From contig CAVZJV010000014.1 of assembly GCA_963775685.1 (NCBI GenBank), positions 1,184,001-1,248,000 on the forward strand: a stretch of 64,000 bases of DNA. The letters run 5' to 3'. The position numbers and the translations under genes were made by a program. The DNA comes from Candidatus Bathyarchaeota archaeon (GTDB lineage Archaea > Thermoproteota > Bathyarchaeia > Bathyarchaeales > Bathycorpusculaceae). The notes under the pieces were generated by a model, which saw only the letters and a list, made by a program, of their open reading frames with translations, was not told where the DNA came from and did no database searches. Each line of letters begins with the position of its first letter. Position 1 is the stretch's first letter. Below are positions 17,669 to 27,147 of this stretch, piece by piece.

Positions 17669-19525
17669 TTAAGCCTCTTTGGTTTCAATTATGCTTTGGT
17701 AATCTTGAATGCCTAATTCTTGAAGTTTAGCTTTTGTGGGTATGCCTTCGACTGTCCAACCGCGGGCCTGATAGTAGTCGTCAAGCATAAGGTCGAGTTC
17801 GTCTTGACTTACGACAGCTCCTTTTGCGGGTCCATCGTCGGTGATTGGTTGGTTCATGACTTTCCACGGAAGAATGTCATCTTTTCTCCCTAGTCCTTCT
17901 CGGACATTGATGAGTTTCGCTAATGTGTTTACCCTTTCGCCTGCAACGCCAAGCTCTTCTGCGGTCATGTCGACGCCCGTGACTAGACTGTAGAGTTTAG
18001 CCATGTCGACAAGCTCCTTGTAGAGTGTGCCTTTGGCATTCTTACAAATAATAAGTGAATCAATCAATGCATAGACATCTTCAGCATCTTTGACAATTTT
18101 GCCCCTTCCTTTTTCAGCCTTTAAGCGGTCAACTCCACCTTTCAAATCGATAGTGTAAGCACCGCTTCTGTTCTGATCTGCGCCACGGAAAGACACGGCA
18201 GAAGCTAAAGCCGCAGTTTTGAGGCAACGTAAATCGTAGCCTGTGGCTTCTAAGCCTTTGATTTGCTGAGCAAGCTTCATTGAGTCTTTGCCAATTTTTT
18301 GGGCAGCAACCTTAACCCCGTCAGCAAGCAAATCGCCAATTCCTTCGCGTTTGCCGATTTTTTCGATTAGTTGTATGAGTACTTCCGCGTTTCCGAAGTG
18401 AGCATCTAATCCACCAAGCTCCTCGTGTGTTAGGATGCCTTTTTCATGGCAATCCATTAAGAAGCTGACGACTACACCCGCACTTGTGGCGTCGAGGCCG
18501 TAGTAGTTGCAGAGTTCAGCAGCCTTGATTATTGCGTCAAGTTTGTCTATGCCACAGTTTGGTCCTAAAGCCCAAATGTTGTCGTATTCCATGCGTGCTA
18601 AAGTGCCCTTATAGGGACCTTCGCGGATAACGGCTTCGTGTTCGCACCGCATTGCGCATGAGTTGCAAGCGATGATTTTTGCTATATAACGTTCGTTTAG
18701 TGTTTCACCGCTGACTTTTTCAGCATTCTCAAAATGGGCATTGTTGAAATTTCGTGTAGGCATGCAGTAAAGTGAATTTGTTATCATGATGTTTTCGGAT
18801 GTCCCGAGTGTTCGATATTTCTGTGCTGCTGGACCTTTCATTCGTTCGTGGAACTCTTTGACCACTTCCATGAATTCGTCTGGTTTGGCGACTGTTATGT
18901 CGCGTGTTCCTCGGACAGCGATGGCTTTAAGGTTTTTACTGCCCATAACTGCGCCCAGCCCTGTTCTTCCTGCTGCGCGGGTTTTCTCGTTAATTATGTT
19001 GGCGATTTTTGAGAGTTTTTCGCCTGCTTCGCCGATAGATGCAACTCGAACGTAATAGTCGCCGAGTTCTGATTTAATGGCGTCTTCGGTTTCAAAGGGT
19101 GATTTGCCCCAAATATTCGACGCATCAAGAAGTTGGACTGAGGTGTCGTCAATCCAGAGGTAAACTGGCTTTTCAGCCTTGCCAGTTAAGATTAATGCGT
19201 CGTAACCTGCCCGCTTTAGTTCTGCTCCAAAGGTGCCATGGCTCACAGCTTCTCCGACACCATTTGTTTCAGGTGACTTGGATATGAACGCATGACCGTT
19301 TCCGCCTGTCGGGAACATAGTTCCTGAGACTGGACCGAGCGTTAGGACAAGCGGGTTTTCTGCGCTTAGTGGGTCAACGCCTGCTTTTGAGTTGGATAAG
19401 TAAAGTTTCATTCCAAGGCCGATGCCGCCGATGTATTTTTTGGCGTCATCTTCGCTTAATTTTTCCGTGCGAGTTTTGCCTGTGGTTAAATCAACATATA
19501 AGATTGTTCCTGCGTAACCTAGCAA
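17669..19525 (-). CDS. aor: tungsten aldehyde:ferredoxin oxidoreductase family protein (copy 1)
   Basis: GYAG..VDLT, GRTGLGAVMGSKNLKAI, CNSCAMRC, DDYYQARGW; start set at TTG 19525 by alignment with copy 2. Confidence 0.93.
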   Translation of the reverse strand: MLGYAGTILYVDLTTGKTRTEKLSEDDAKKYIGGIGLGMKLYLSNSKAGVDPLSAENPLVLTLGPVSGTMFPTGGNGHAFISKSPETNGVGEAVSHGTFGAELKRAGYDALILTGKAEKPVYLWIDDTSVQLLDASNIWGKSPFETEDAIKSELGDYYVRVASIGEAGEKLSKIANIINEKTRAAGRTGLGAVMGSKNLKAIAVRGTRDITVAKPDEFMEVVKEFHERMKGPAAQKYRTLGTSENIMITNSLYCMPTRNFNNAHFENAEKVSGETLNERYIAKIIACNSCAMRCEHEAVIREGPYKGTLARMEYDNIWALGPNCGIDKLDAIIKAAELCNYYGLDATSAGVVVSFLMDCHEKGILTHEELGGLDAHFGNAEVLIQLIEKIGKREGIGDLLADGVKVAAQKIGKDSMKLAQQIKGLEATGYDLRCLKTAALASAVSFRGADQNRSGAYTIDLKGGVDRLKAEKGRGKIVKDAEDVYALIDSLIICKNAKGTLYKELVDMAKLYSLVTGVDMTAEELGVAGERVNTLAKLINVREGLGRKDDILPWKVMNQPITDDGPAKGAVVSQDELDLMLDDYYQARGWTVEGIPTKAKLQELGIQDYQSIIETKEA

Positions 19526-19571
19526 ACCTTGTTCCTCCAAGAGTTTTAAAGTATTTAGTGGTTTTGAACAA

Positions 19572-19612
19572 TATATTAAGTTAATGGGTTCTTTATTTAA
19601 AAATTCATGACT
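19572..19612 (-). promoter_or_regulatory. promoter block of AOR copy 1, conserved with copy 2
   Basis: 33/41 ungapped identity to 22951-22991; minus-strand TTAATATA TATA-like box. Confidence 0.7.
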
Positions 19613-19741
19613 TATCACGATTTTTCCAATTGCGTCAGGTACATACAGACATAACAGTTATCAAGGTAAAACCTTGGCAGTCAGAGAAAAGAAATATGAG
19701 AACCCAAAAACAATCATTAACATAAGCAGGGGCGAAGAAAA

Positions 19742-20029
19742 ATGCAGGTCAAAGTACACTATATTAGCCTGGTAAAATCATATACAAATAAGAGCATAGA
19801 TGAATTCACCCTCCCGAACGACAGCATATTATCGGATTTGCTTGACAAAATCGCAGAGTCCTATAGCAAACAGTTCATCCAGGAAGTCTATGATCCAGCA
19901 AAAAAAGAGATGAAAGCAACTTTCGTCGCCATGGTAAACGGCGTTCTAATGGACCAGCTAAAAGGCGTAAACACACAGCTCAAAGAGGGTGACAGCGTAA
20001 TTTTAATGTCGTTGATGACAGGTGGCTAA
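19742..20029 (+). CDS. MoaD/ThiS ubiquitin-like sulfur carrier
   Basis: VNG...LKEGDSV..GG C-terminus; lies between the two AOR operons. Confidence 0.9.
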   Translation: MQVKVHYISLVKSYTNKSIDEFTLPNDSILSDLLDKIAESYSKQFIQEVYDPAKKEMKATFVAMVNGVLMDQLKGVNTQLKEGDSVILMSLMTGG

Positions 20030-20476
20030 ACATCAAAACAGTTCACCTTAAAAGCAAACACCAGCTTGTTTTCGAAGCGAAAATGACAAAAAGACACATA
20101 CTTGCTTTGCACTGCATTCTCGACCGCTATCTAACCTATTGGTTACAACTATACCTTTGGGTTTAGGGACCCTTTGGTCAAACATCTTTTCACGCTTGTT
20201 TTTTGCTTTAGGCGTAGTTATACCTTATACTGAAGCAGCATTTTAGACGCTTAAGTAAGAAAGAGAAGGAGCGAATAATTTCTCAAAAACAAAATAACCG
20301 TTGTTACTACAATCGAGGGTACACCCCAGCGGACTAAACGGAACTGTACTATCAAATTGAGCGAATTAAAAAAAAGGAAATATTCAAAAAACCATCATTA
20401 ATCTTTTGCCCTAGAAATACTTTTGGCAAATTATAAAAAAATACCAGATGATTACCCATAAAAGAGATAGGGGAGT

Positions 20477-20992
20477 TTATTTTGTCTTGTTGGCTTCTGC
20501 CTCAGCTGTTTGGAACAGGTTTTTGACAGCTTTCTGACGGTACTTTTGTGCTAAGGTTTCTGCTGTAACGTATGTTAAAGCTTCTTCAGGGCACCATTTG
20601 ACACATTGAGGCTCTTTGGTTTCGTTGTCTGTGCAGCTGTTGCATGTAAATACAATTTTTTTGTCTGGATGCATGTTCATGGCACCGAATTGGCATGCGC
20701 TGATGCACCATCCGCAACCGTTGCAAGCATTTTCGTCGACACGAATTATGCCAGTATCACATTCCTGTTTCAAGGCGTCTCTTGGGCAAGCAGCTACACA
20801 CGCAGGGTCTTCGCAGTGCCTGCAGGTAACTGCAAGATTTACCAGAGGACCAAGACGCATAGCGCGTATGCGTGACTTGTTCGGGTTGAAAGTATTCTCA
20901 TTGACCATACTGCAGGCGTATTCGCAAACACAGCAGCCGATGCACTTGTCTGGGTCGGCAGTTACGAATTTTCTGTCTTGTGGTCGCACCAT
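20477..20992 (-). CDS. 4Fe-4S polyferredoxin subunit of AOR
   Basis: Paralogue of 17174-17665 with the same four Cys groups. Confidence 0.92.
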   Translation of the reverse strand: MVRPQDRKFVTADPDKCIGCCVCEYACSMVNENTFNPNKSRIRAMRLGPLVNLAVTCRHCEDPACVAACPRDALKQECDTGIIRVDENACNGCGWCISACQFGAMNMHPDKKIVFTCNSCTDNETKEPQCVKWCPEEALTYVTAETLAQKYRQKAVKNLFQTAEAEANKTK

Positions 20993-20993
20993 C

Positions 20994-22907
20994 TTAGTTT
21001 CCTCCTACAGTTGCGACCACCGCTTGAGGCTTGGCTTCTTTAGCGGCTTTCATTGCGTTTTCGGCAATATAAGCCAAGTCACCTAAACCAACTTGGTTTA
21101 GCCGTTCGATAGTTGGTATACCGTCAGCGGTCCATCCTCGTGAAGCGTAGTAGTCATCCAAGCCTATGGCCATTTCCTCATCATTAACGCAGACGCCTTT
21201 TGCTGGTCCTTCGTCGGGAACTGGGAAATTCTTTATTTTGTATGGGACATCATCGAATTTGCGTGTACCTTTACCTTCGCGTATGTTAAAGAGACGTGCA
21301 AGGTTTTCGATTCTGTCGCCGTCTTGCGCCATCTCCTCTGGAGTAATCGGAATACCTGTGGCCAATGTGTAGTAGTTGGTTAGGTCTTTCCAGCCGTCGT
21401 AGTATGTGCCTCTACTGAATTTGCAAACGATAAGTGAGTCGATGATGTTGTACATCAAACTCTCGTCAGTAATCATTTTACCACGGCCTTTCTCGATTTT
21501 GAAGCGGTTAACTTTGCCTTTAACGTCAGGTGAGTAAGCGCCGTTCCGAAGGTGGCAAGCACCTCGGAATGACACCGAGAAGCCCAAAGCTGCAGTCTTT
21601 AAAGTTCTCAGGTCGTAGCCGGGTAGTTCTAAGCCTTTAATGTGGCAAGCGTATTTGTATGCATCTCCGCCGATTAATTCAGCAGCTTTTGCAACCCCTT
21701 CTGCAAGGATGTTGCCCAACCAACCTTCACGTTTTCCAATCTTATGGATAATTGCAATTAAGGCTTCGGCATTACCGAACTTGAGGTCTATTCCGTCGGT
21801 TTGTTCCTTGGTGATTACTCCGTGCTCATAGAGGTCCATAGCAAATGCGACAACTACGCCGATTGAGATGCCGTCCATGCCGTACTCGTTTACTATGCGC
21901 ATGGCTTCGATAACTGCGTCAAGTCGGTCAACTCCACAGAGCGGTCCCATGCTCCAGAGACACTCGAATTCAAGCCTAGAAGTTGAGCCTTTGTATGGTC
22001 CTTCTGGTACAACTGCAATATGGTCGCAACGCATACCGCATGTTGCGCAGCCCACAATTTTTTTGACATAATGTTCGTTTAAGTATTCGCCGCTAACTTT
22101 GTTGGCACCTTCAAAAGTGGCGTTTGTCCAGTTCCTTGTTGCCAGCGCTGAAAGCGAATTAAGAACAAGGACGTTTTCAGGTGTACCTAAAGTCTTGTAT
22201 TTCTTGGTTGCTGGACCTTTCATACGTTCATGGATCATTTTGATGTATTCTTTAAAGCCTTCCATGTTGGCTACGTTAACATCTTTTGTTCCTCGAACCG
22301 TCACCGCTTTAAGGTTTTTACTACCCATAACTGCCCCCATACCTGTGCGACCGATGGCACGAAACTCGTCGTTTATGATTGCAGCAAACCTGCAGAGTTT
22401 TTCGCCTGCTTCGCCGATGGCTGATACACGAATATAGAAGTCTCCGAGTTCATCTCGGATTTTGTTATCGGTATCGTTAACAGTGGCATTCTTTAGGTAT
22501 TCGGCGTTTCGGATTTCCACTTTATCATCATCAATCCAAAGGTACGACAATTTGGGTGCTTTACCAGTTATGACAACAGCGTCGTATCCTGCGCGTTTCA
22601 GGTCGGGACCAAAAAATCCGTGGGCTTTAGATTCGCCGACTCCCCCTGTGGCGGGGGATTTGGAGACTACGGCGTAACCGTTGCCGGCTGTCGGACCCAT
22701 TGTGCCGCTTAGCGGACCGGTACAGTAGATTATCGGGTTATCTGGGTGGAACGGGTCTGTGCCGGGTTTTGAGTTGTCCATAAGTAGACGTATGCCTAAA
22801 CCAATGCCGCCGATGTAGCTTTTAGCCATTTGTTCACTTAATGGCTCGGTTCTTGTTTCTCCTGTTGTGAGGTTAACATGTAAAATTTTTCCCGCGTAAG
22901 CAAACAT
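20994..22907 (-). CDS. aor: tungsten aldehyde:ferredoxin oxidoreductase (copy 2)
   Basis: GRTGMGAVMGSKNLKAV, CATCGMRC, EFE, RGACH. Confidence 0.95.
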   Translation of the reverse strand: MFAYAGKILHVNLTTGETRTEPLSEQMAKSYIGGIGLGIRLLMDNSKPGTDPFHPDNPIIYCTGPLSGTMGPTAGNGYAVVSKSPATGGVGESKAHGFFGPDLKRAGYDAVVITGKAPKLSYLWIDDDKVEIRNAEYLKNATVNDTDNKIRDELGDFYIRVSAIGEAGEKLCRFAAIINDEFRAIGRTGMGAVMGSKNLKAVTVRGTKDVNVANMEGFKEYIKMIHERMKGPATKKYKTLGTPENVLVLNSLSALATRNWTNATFEGANKVSGEYLNEHYVKKIVGCATCGMRCDHIAVVPEGPYKGSTSRLEFECLWSMGPLCGVDRLDAVIEAMRIVNEYGMDGISIGVVVAFAMDLYEHGVITKEQTDGIDLKFGNAEALIAIIHKIGKREGWLGNILAEGVAKAAELIGGDAYKYACHIKGLELPGYDLRTLKTAALGFSVSFRGACHLRNGAYSPDVKGKVNRFKIEKGRGKMITDESLMYNIIDSLIVCKFSRGTYYDGWKDLTNYYTLATGIPITPEEMAQDGDRIENLARLFNIREGKGTRKFDDVPYKIKNFPVPDEGPAKGVCVNDEEMAIGLDDYYASRGWTADGIPTIERLNQVGLGDLAYIAENAMKAAKEAKPQAVVATVGGN

Positions 22908-22950
22908 GCTTTTTTACCCCTCAGTATGGAATAATTAGGTAATTGAAAAG

Positions 22951-22991
22951 TATATTAACATAATGGCTTTTCTGTTTAAAAATTCACGGCT
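22951..22991 (-). promoter_or_regulatory. promoter block of AOR copy 2
   Basis: Conserved with 19572-19612. Confidence 0.7.
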
Positions 22992-23102
22992 AAATTCGAC
23001 TTGTTTTTCAATTCATAACGCAAAAAAAACGCCGCCAAACCAACTCAGAAGCGAAAACTTAAACCCACACCAAACCAAATCCATTCAAAGAAGCCAAAAG
23101 CC

Positions 23103-24170
23103 TTGAACCGCTCAAATGCCCTAAAACAAACAGCAGTCAAACAGGGTAAACCATCTAACTTTCTAATAGTCAACCAAACAAACATTGTTTATTTCGCTAA
23201 TTTTTCAGGTGCAACTGCGATGCTCATACCCGAGCAAGGCGAAAACGTCCTCTACGTTTCACCAGTCAACTATGAACAGGCAAAAGAAGAAGCCAAAGAC
23301 GTAACTGTGGAATTGTTAAAACGGGGAGAAAACGTATTTGAAAAAATCGTTAACCAATCATCGGCTAAAAATTTTTGCGCCGACGATTTATCAATTGAAA
23401 GTTGGCATCGACTTGCCAGAATAACCGGTGGAGAGGAAAAAATTGAATCCGCAAACAAACTAATCCGTGACTTACGTAAAATCAAGGATGAAAACGAAGT
23501 CGGTCTCATCAGGCAAGCCTGCAAATTAGCAAACCTTGGCATTCAAACTGCTTCAAAGATCATTTGTCCAGGCATAAAAGAAAAGGAGGTAGCAGCCGAG
23601 GTTGAGTATGCCATGCGAAAAGCAGGTTCAGACGGGACTGCTTTTGACACAATCTTAGCCTCAGGTTACTGCAGTGCATATCCTCATGGAACGTTTTTGG
23701 AAAAAAAGATACAAGAAGACGATTTAGTAGTTGTTGATTTGGGGGCGACATACAAGTTTTACCGTTCAGACATAACTCGAACATTCATCGCTGGAAAACC
23801 AACGGAAAAACAGAGAAAAATCTACACAACCGTAAAGTCGGCGCATCATATGGCTCTCGAAGCCATAAAACCAGGCGTTTCGGCAAGCGTTGTAGACGCA
23901 GCAGCAAGAGGGGTGATTGAGGAGGCAGGGTTTGGCGATTTCTTTGTCCACAACCTTGGGCACGGCGTTGGCTTAGAGGTTCACGAAGCACCAGTCTTGA
24001 GCCCCGACAGCAAAGATGTTCTGACAACGGGGAACGTTGTTACCGTCGAGCCAGGAATTTACCTGCCAGGTTTTGGGGGAGTCAGAATCGAAGATACAAT
24101 CCAAGTCACACGGGATGGCGCTGAGAAATTAACTTCTGCGCCCTATTTGTTTCAAGATAAAACTAAATAA
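23103..24170 (+). CDS. Xaa-Pro aminopeptidase (M24B)
   Basis: DLG..YRSDITRT, HNLGHGVGLEVHE, EPGIY, GVRIED. Confidence 0.95.
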   Translation: MNRSNALKQTAVKQGKPSNFLIVNQTNIVYFANFSGATAMLIPEQGENVLYVSPVNYEQAKEEAKDVTVELLKRGENVFEKIVNQSSAKNFCADDLSIESWHRLARITGGEEKIESANKLIRDLRKIKDENEVGLIRQACKLANLGIQTASKIICPGIKEKEVAAEVEYAMRKAGSDGTAFDTILASGYCSAYPHGTFLEKKIQEDDLVVVDLGATYKFYRSDITRTFIAGKPTEKQRKIYTTVKSAHHMALEAIKPGVSASVVDAAARGVIEEAGFGDFFVHNLGHGVGLEVHEAPVLSPDSKDVLTTGNVVTVEPGIYLPGFGGVRIEDTIQVTRDGAEKLTSAPYLFQDKTK

Positions 24171-24204
24171 GCTCTCTGCGGTTTTTCTAGTTGAGAGTGA
24201 ATTT

Positions 24205-24771
24205 TTGATAAATAATCCAGCAGTAGTTCTTATTGATGTGCAAAACGATTTTTTCACTGGACCCCTAAAAACAAAAAGAGCCAAGAACGTAATTGAGCCA
24301 CTTCAGAGGCTCATGGTGGCAGCAAGAAAAAACGAGGTGCCCATTCTCTACAGCATTGACGCCCACTATCCCCAAGATGTTGAGGTAGTTCGGAAATGGG
24401 GCAGCCACTCTATTAAAGGCACGCAGGGCGCCCAAGTTATAGATGAGCTAAAACCCCAAGAAGGTATTGATTACATTGTGGAGAAACGTACCTACAGTGG
24501 CTTCTATGAGACAGGACTAGATCCGCTACTGCGCAGCTTATACAAGGGCGACGGCGTAAAAACCGTAATTCTTGGCGGCTTACATACAAACATGTGCATA
24601 CGCCACACTTCAGCAGACGCATTTTTCCGTGGCTACTACATCATTATCGCTAAGGATGGCGTCGAAGCTTTCACCTCCGAAGAGCAAACTGAGGGCCTAA
24701 AATATTTAGAGTATTTATATAACGCAAAAATAATGGAAACTAATAGTATAATACAGAAAATTGTAAAGTGA
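24205..24771 (+). CDS. isochorismatase/nicotinamidase-family cysteine hydrolase
   Basis: IDVQNDF, EKRTYSGF, HTNMCIRHT. Confidence 0.92.
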   Translation: MINNPAVVLIDVQNDFFTGPLKTKRAKNVIEPLQRLMVAARKNEVPILYSIDAHYPQDVEVVRKWGSHSIKGTQGAQVIDELKPQEGIDYIVEKRTYSGFYETGLDPLLRSLYKGDGVKTVILGGLHTNMCIRHTSADAFFRGYYIIIAKDGVEAFTSEEQTEGLKYLEYLYNAKIMETNSIIQKIVK

Positions 24772-24777
24772 AAGAGC

Positions 24778-25260
24778 ATGCCGAAAATTTTAGTTGTTTA
24801 TGATTCTAAGACTGGAAACACCGAGACCATGGCGATGGCTGTGGCTAAAGGCGCAGAGGAAGCAGGTGATTTGGAAATTACAGTGAAAAGAGCCGAAGAG
24901 ACTACGCCAAATGATTTGTTTGAGGCTGCTGGTATAATCATGGGGTCTCCGACATATTTTGGGCAGATGTCCGCTAAACTCAAAGCTCTCATCGACCAAT
25001 CCGTCCTAGTTCACAAGCAGCTAAGCGGCAAAGTCGGCGGGGCATTCACCGGCAGCATCGGAACCGCCTCAGGAGCTGAAACCACTTTACTCTCCATCGT
25101 GAATGTGATGTTGATTCATGGGATGATAGTGCAGGGCAGAGCAGACGATGCCCACTATGGCGTTGCAGCGCGTGGGGCACCAAAGAAAGAAGAGCTAATC
25201 GAATGCGAGAACCTGGGCAAAACCGTTGCTAATTTAGTTTTAAATTTACATATTTGCTAA
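24778..25260 (+). CDS. WrbA/flavodoxin-family protein
   Basis: SKTGNTETMA, GSPTYFG, GKVGGAF. Confidence 0.9.
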   Translation: MPKILVVYDSKTGNTETMAMAVAKGAEEAGDLEITVKRAEETTPNDLFEAAGIIMGSPTYFGQMSAKLKALIDQSVLVHKQLSGKVGGAFTGSIGTASGAETTLLSIVNVMLIHGMIVQGRADDAHYGVAARGAPKKEELIECENLGKTVANLVLNLHIC

Positions 25261-25490
25261 ACCAAGTTTGGTTTGTTTTCTGTGACAAAGGCGCCCACAA
25301 GTACGGGCCTATGCCTTACAGTTACAGATGCTATGGCAAAGGTTTCATAGTGCAGGTCTCCGATTTGAAACCAAATCCCAAACGTGACCTTTTGCTTAAA
25401 CAGAATCAAAAAAGCTAAAACAAAGAATACACCGGCTATTAGCACTGCTACCCAACGATTACTCGCCAAAACACTACAAATAAGAGGCAA
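25257..25490 (-). CDS. small membrane protein
   Basis: Hydrophobic N-terminal half; the 3' part may be frameshifted. Confidence 0.4.
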   Translation of the reverse strand: MPLICSVLASNRWVAVLIAGVFFVLAFLILFKQKVTFGIWFQIGDLHYETFAIASVTVRHRPVLVGAFVTENKPNLV

Positions 25491-25840
25491 TTCAAGAGTT
25501 TAAAGGTAATTGTTAGCTTGCGGTTGGATGTTCTCTAGTAGAACAAACTCGTTCGTGAGAGAGAATTATATGACTCCTGTCTTTGATATTAGCAATATAA
25601 CATGCTCACAATTGTGGTTTTCCGGCGCCTTAGGTCCAAGAAAACCAAAAACTTACCCCGTCGTCAACGTGCAGGGTTAAGTTGTTTACTTTATTAGGTT
25701 GCCGAATTTGCGGCTTAGGTTTTAGTGTCAATCATTTTAAATCGCAAAACATTGAACAACCGCAACCAACAAGCCTCAAATACCATAATCAACTGGCTAA
25801 AAAAACAAACCAAACAATAGTAATTCATATGGCATGATAG

Positions 25841-25914
25841 TGGGCCCGAGGTGATTTGAACACCTGACCAACAGATTATGAGTCTGGCGCTCTACCTAAC
25901 TGAGCTACGGGCCC
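25841..25914 (-). tRNA. tRNA-Ile2 (CAU)
   Basis: GGGCCCGTAGCTCAG...CAGA-CTCATAA-TCTG...GTTCAAATC...CGGGCCCA; the GGGCCC acceptor favours Ile2 over Met. Confidence 0.9.
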
Positions 25915-25997
25915 AAACCGTTGCACTCTAATACTGCTGTTTCTGAAAAGATTTAAACATTTTCCGATTGCTGTCAAACAACCTAACGGCCAAGAAG

Positions 25998-26285
25998 TCA
26001 AGCTTTCCCAAACCATTTCTCGTACCATGCGTTGAACATTGATAAGCACTCTTTTTGATAGGCTTCTTCGCTTTCTTCTTTGAGGCAGCTGGCGAGCTCT
26101 AAGTTAAGCGTGATTTCTGCTTTGGCTTCTTGGAGCAATACTTCGACGTCATCGAGCATATCGTTGCCGCCCGCAGAATAATCTTTCATCGCTTGTCTTA
26201 GAAAAACTCTTTTTTGCTTGATTAACTGGTTAATTTTGCCCTCACTCATAGGTTGCACCTGTAGGAAGATGCTTTCTGTCGCCAT
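25998..26285 (-). CDS. hypothetical protein
   Basis: ATG 1 nt after the OGG1 stop; C-terminal WYEKWFG. Confidence 0.65.
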   Translation of the reverse strand: MATESIFLQVQPMSEGKINQLIKQKRVFLRQAMKDYSAGGNDMLDDVEVLLQEAKAEITLNLELASCLKEESEEAYQKECLSMFNAWYEKWFGKA

Positions 26286-26286
26286 T

Positions 26287-27147
26287 TTAACATTGTGTTC
26301 GCTCATAGTGGTAGAGGTATTCTTGGGCGTAGCCTGCGTAACCTCCGAAGTAGCTTCGGGCGAACTCGCCAATTTTTAGGTATTCACCGTTGGTTAGGGA
26401 ATTATGGTTTTCCATCTTTTTGACTGCTTCTTTTGAGAAATGTTCCGCGTAATGATTCAAGATAACACGTTTAACCCAAACATCTACTGGGAAAGCATCC
26501 ATTTTTTCAAGCGAAAAAAGAAGCACACAATCCGCCACTTTTAAGCCAACCCCCGGAAACTCAAGAAGCACTTTTCTGGCTTCCAAATATGGAAAGCATT
26601 TTAAGCTTTCAAGGTTAATTTTTTCGTCAAGAATTTTTTTTGCGGTTGCATGCACATATTCAGCTCTATAACCTAACCCGCACTCCCGCAGCCCGTTATC
26701 ACTTGCTTTGGCTAAAGTCTCCACAGTGGGAAATAAGTAAAAATCGTATCCGCCAAAAAACTGTTTGTCCCCATATTTCTCGGATAGTTTTGTGAGCATC
26801 AGCTCGATTGCTACAATGTTCTTGTATGTGGAGCAAATAAAGCCGATAAGGCACGCCCAAGGTTCCTGACGAACAAGCCGCAGGCCCTCAAACCTGCGCA
26901 ATGCTTTGCGGATATGGGCATCTTTGTCGATGCATTGACTGATTTGCTCTAAATCGTCGTTTAAACCAAAGTAGTGCCGCACAAACTCTTCACAAACACC
27001 CTCAAACTCCAAATCGCTTCCGCGTTGTCGAACCTTAAAAACATGGTCCCCGGCAACGCCGTACCACCATCCTCCGAGCTTTTTCCACCTAAATACTTGC
27101 CCGCAACAAAGCGAAAAATCCAAATCAAAAGGCACATCAAGTTGCAT
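26287..27147 (-). CDS. ogg: 8-oxoguanine DNA glycosylase (OGG1-type, HhH-GPD)
   Basis: CGQVFRW, GLRLVRQEPW, GVGLKVADC, FPVDVWV, GYAQEYLY. Confidence 0.92.
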   Translation of the reverse strand: MQLDVPFDLDFSLCCGQVFRWKKLGGWWYGVAGDHVFKVRQRGSDLEFEGVCEEFVRHYFGLNDDLEQISQCIDKDAHIRKALRRFEGLRLVRQEPWACLIGFICSTYKNIVAIELMLTKLSEKYGDKQFFGGYDFYLFPTVETLAKASDNGLRECGLGYRAEYVHATAKKILDEKINLESLKCFPYLEARKVLLEFPGVGLKVADCVLLFSLEKMDAFPVDVWVKRVILNHYAEHFSKEAVKKMENHNSLTNGEYLKIGEFARSYFGGYAGYAQEYLYHYERTQC

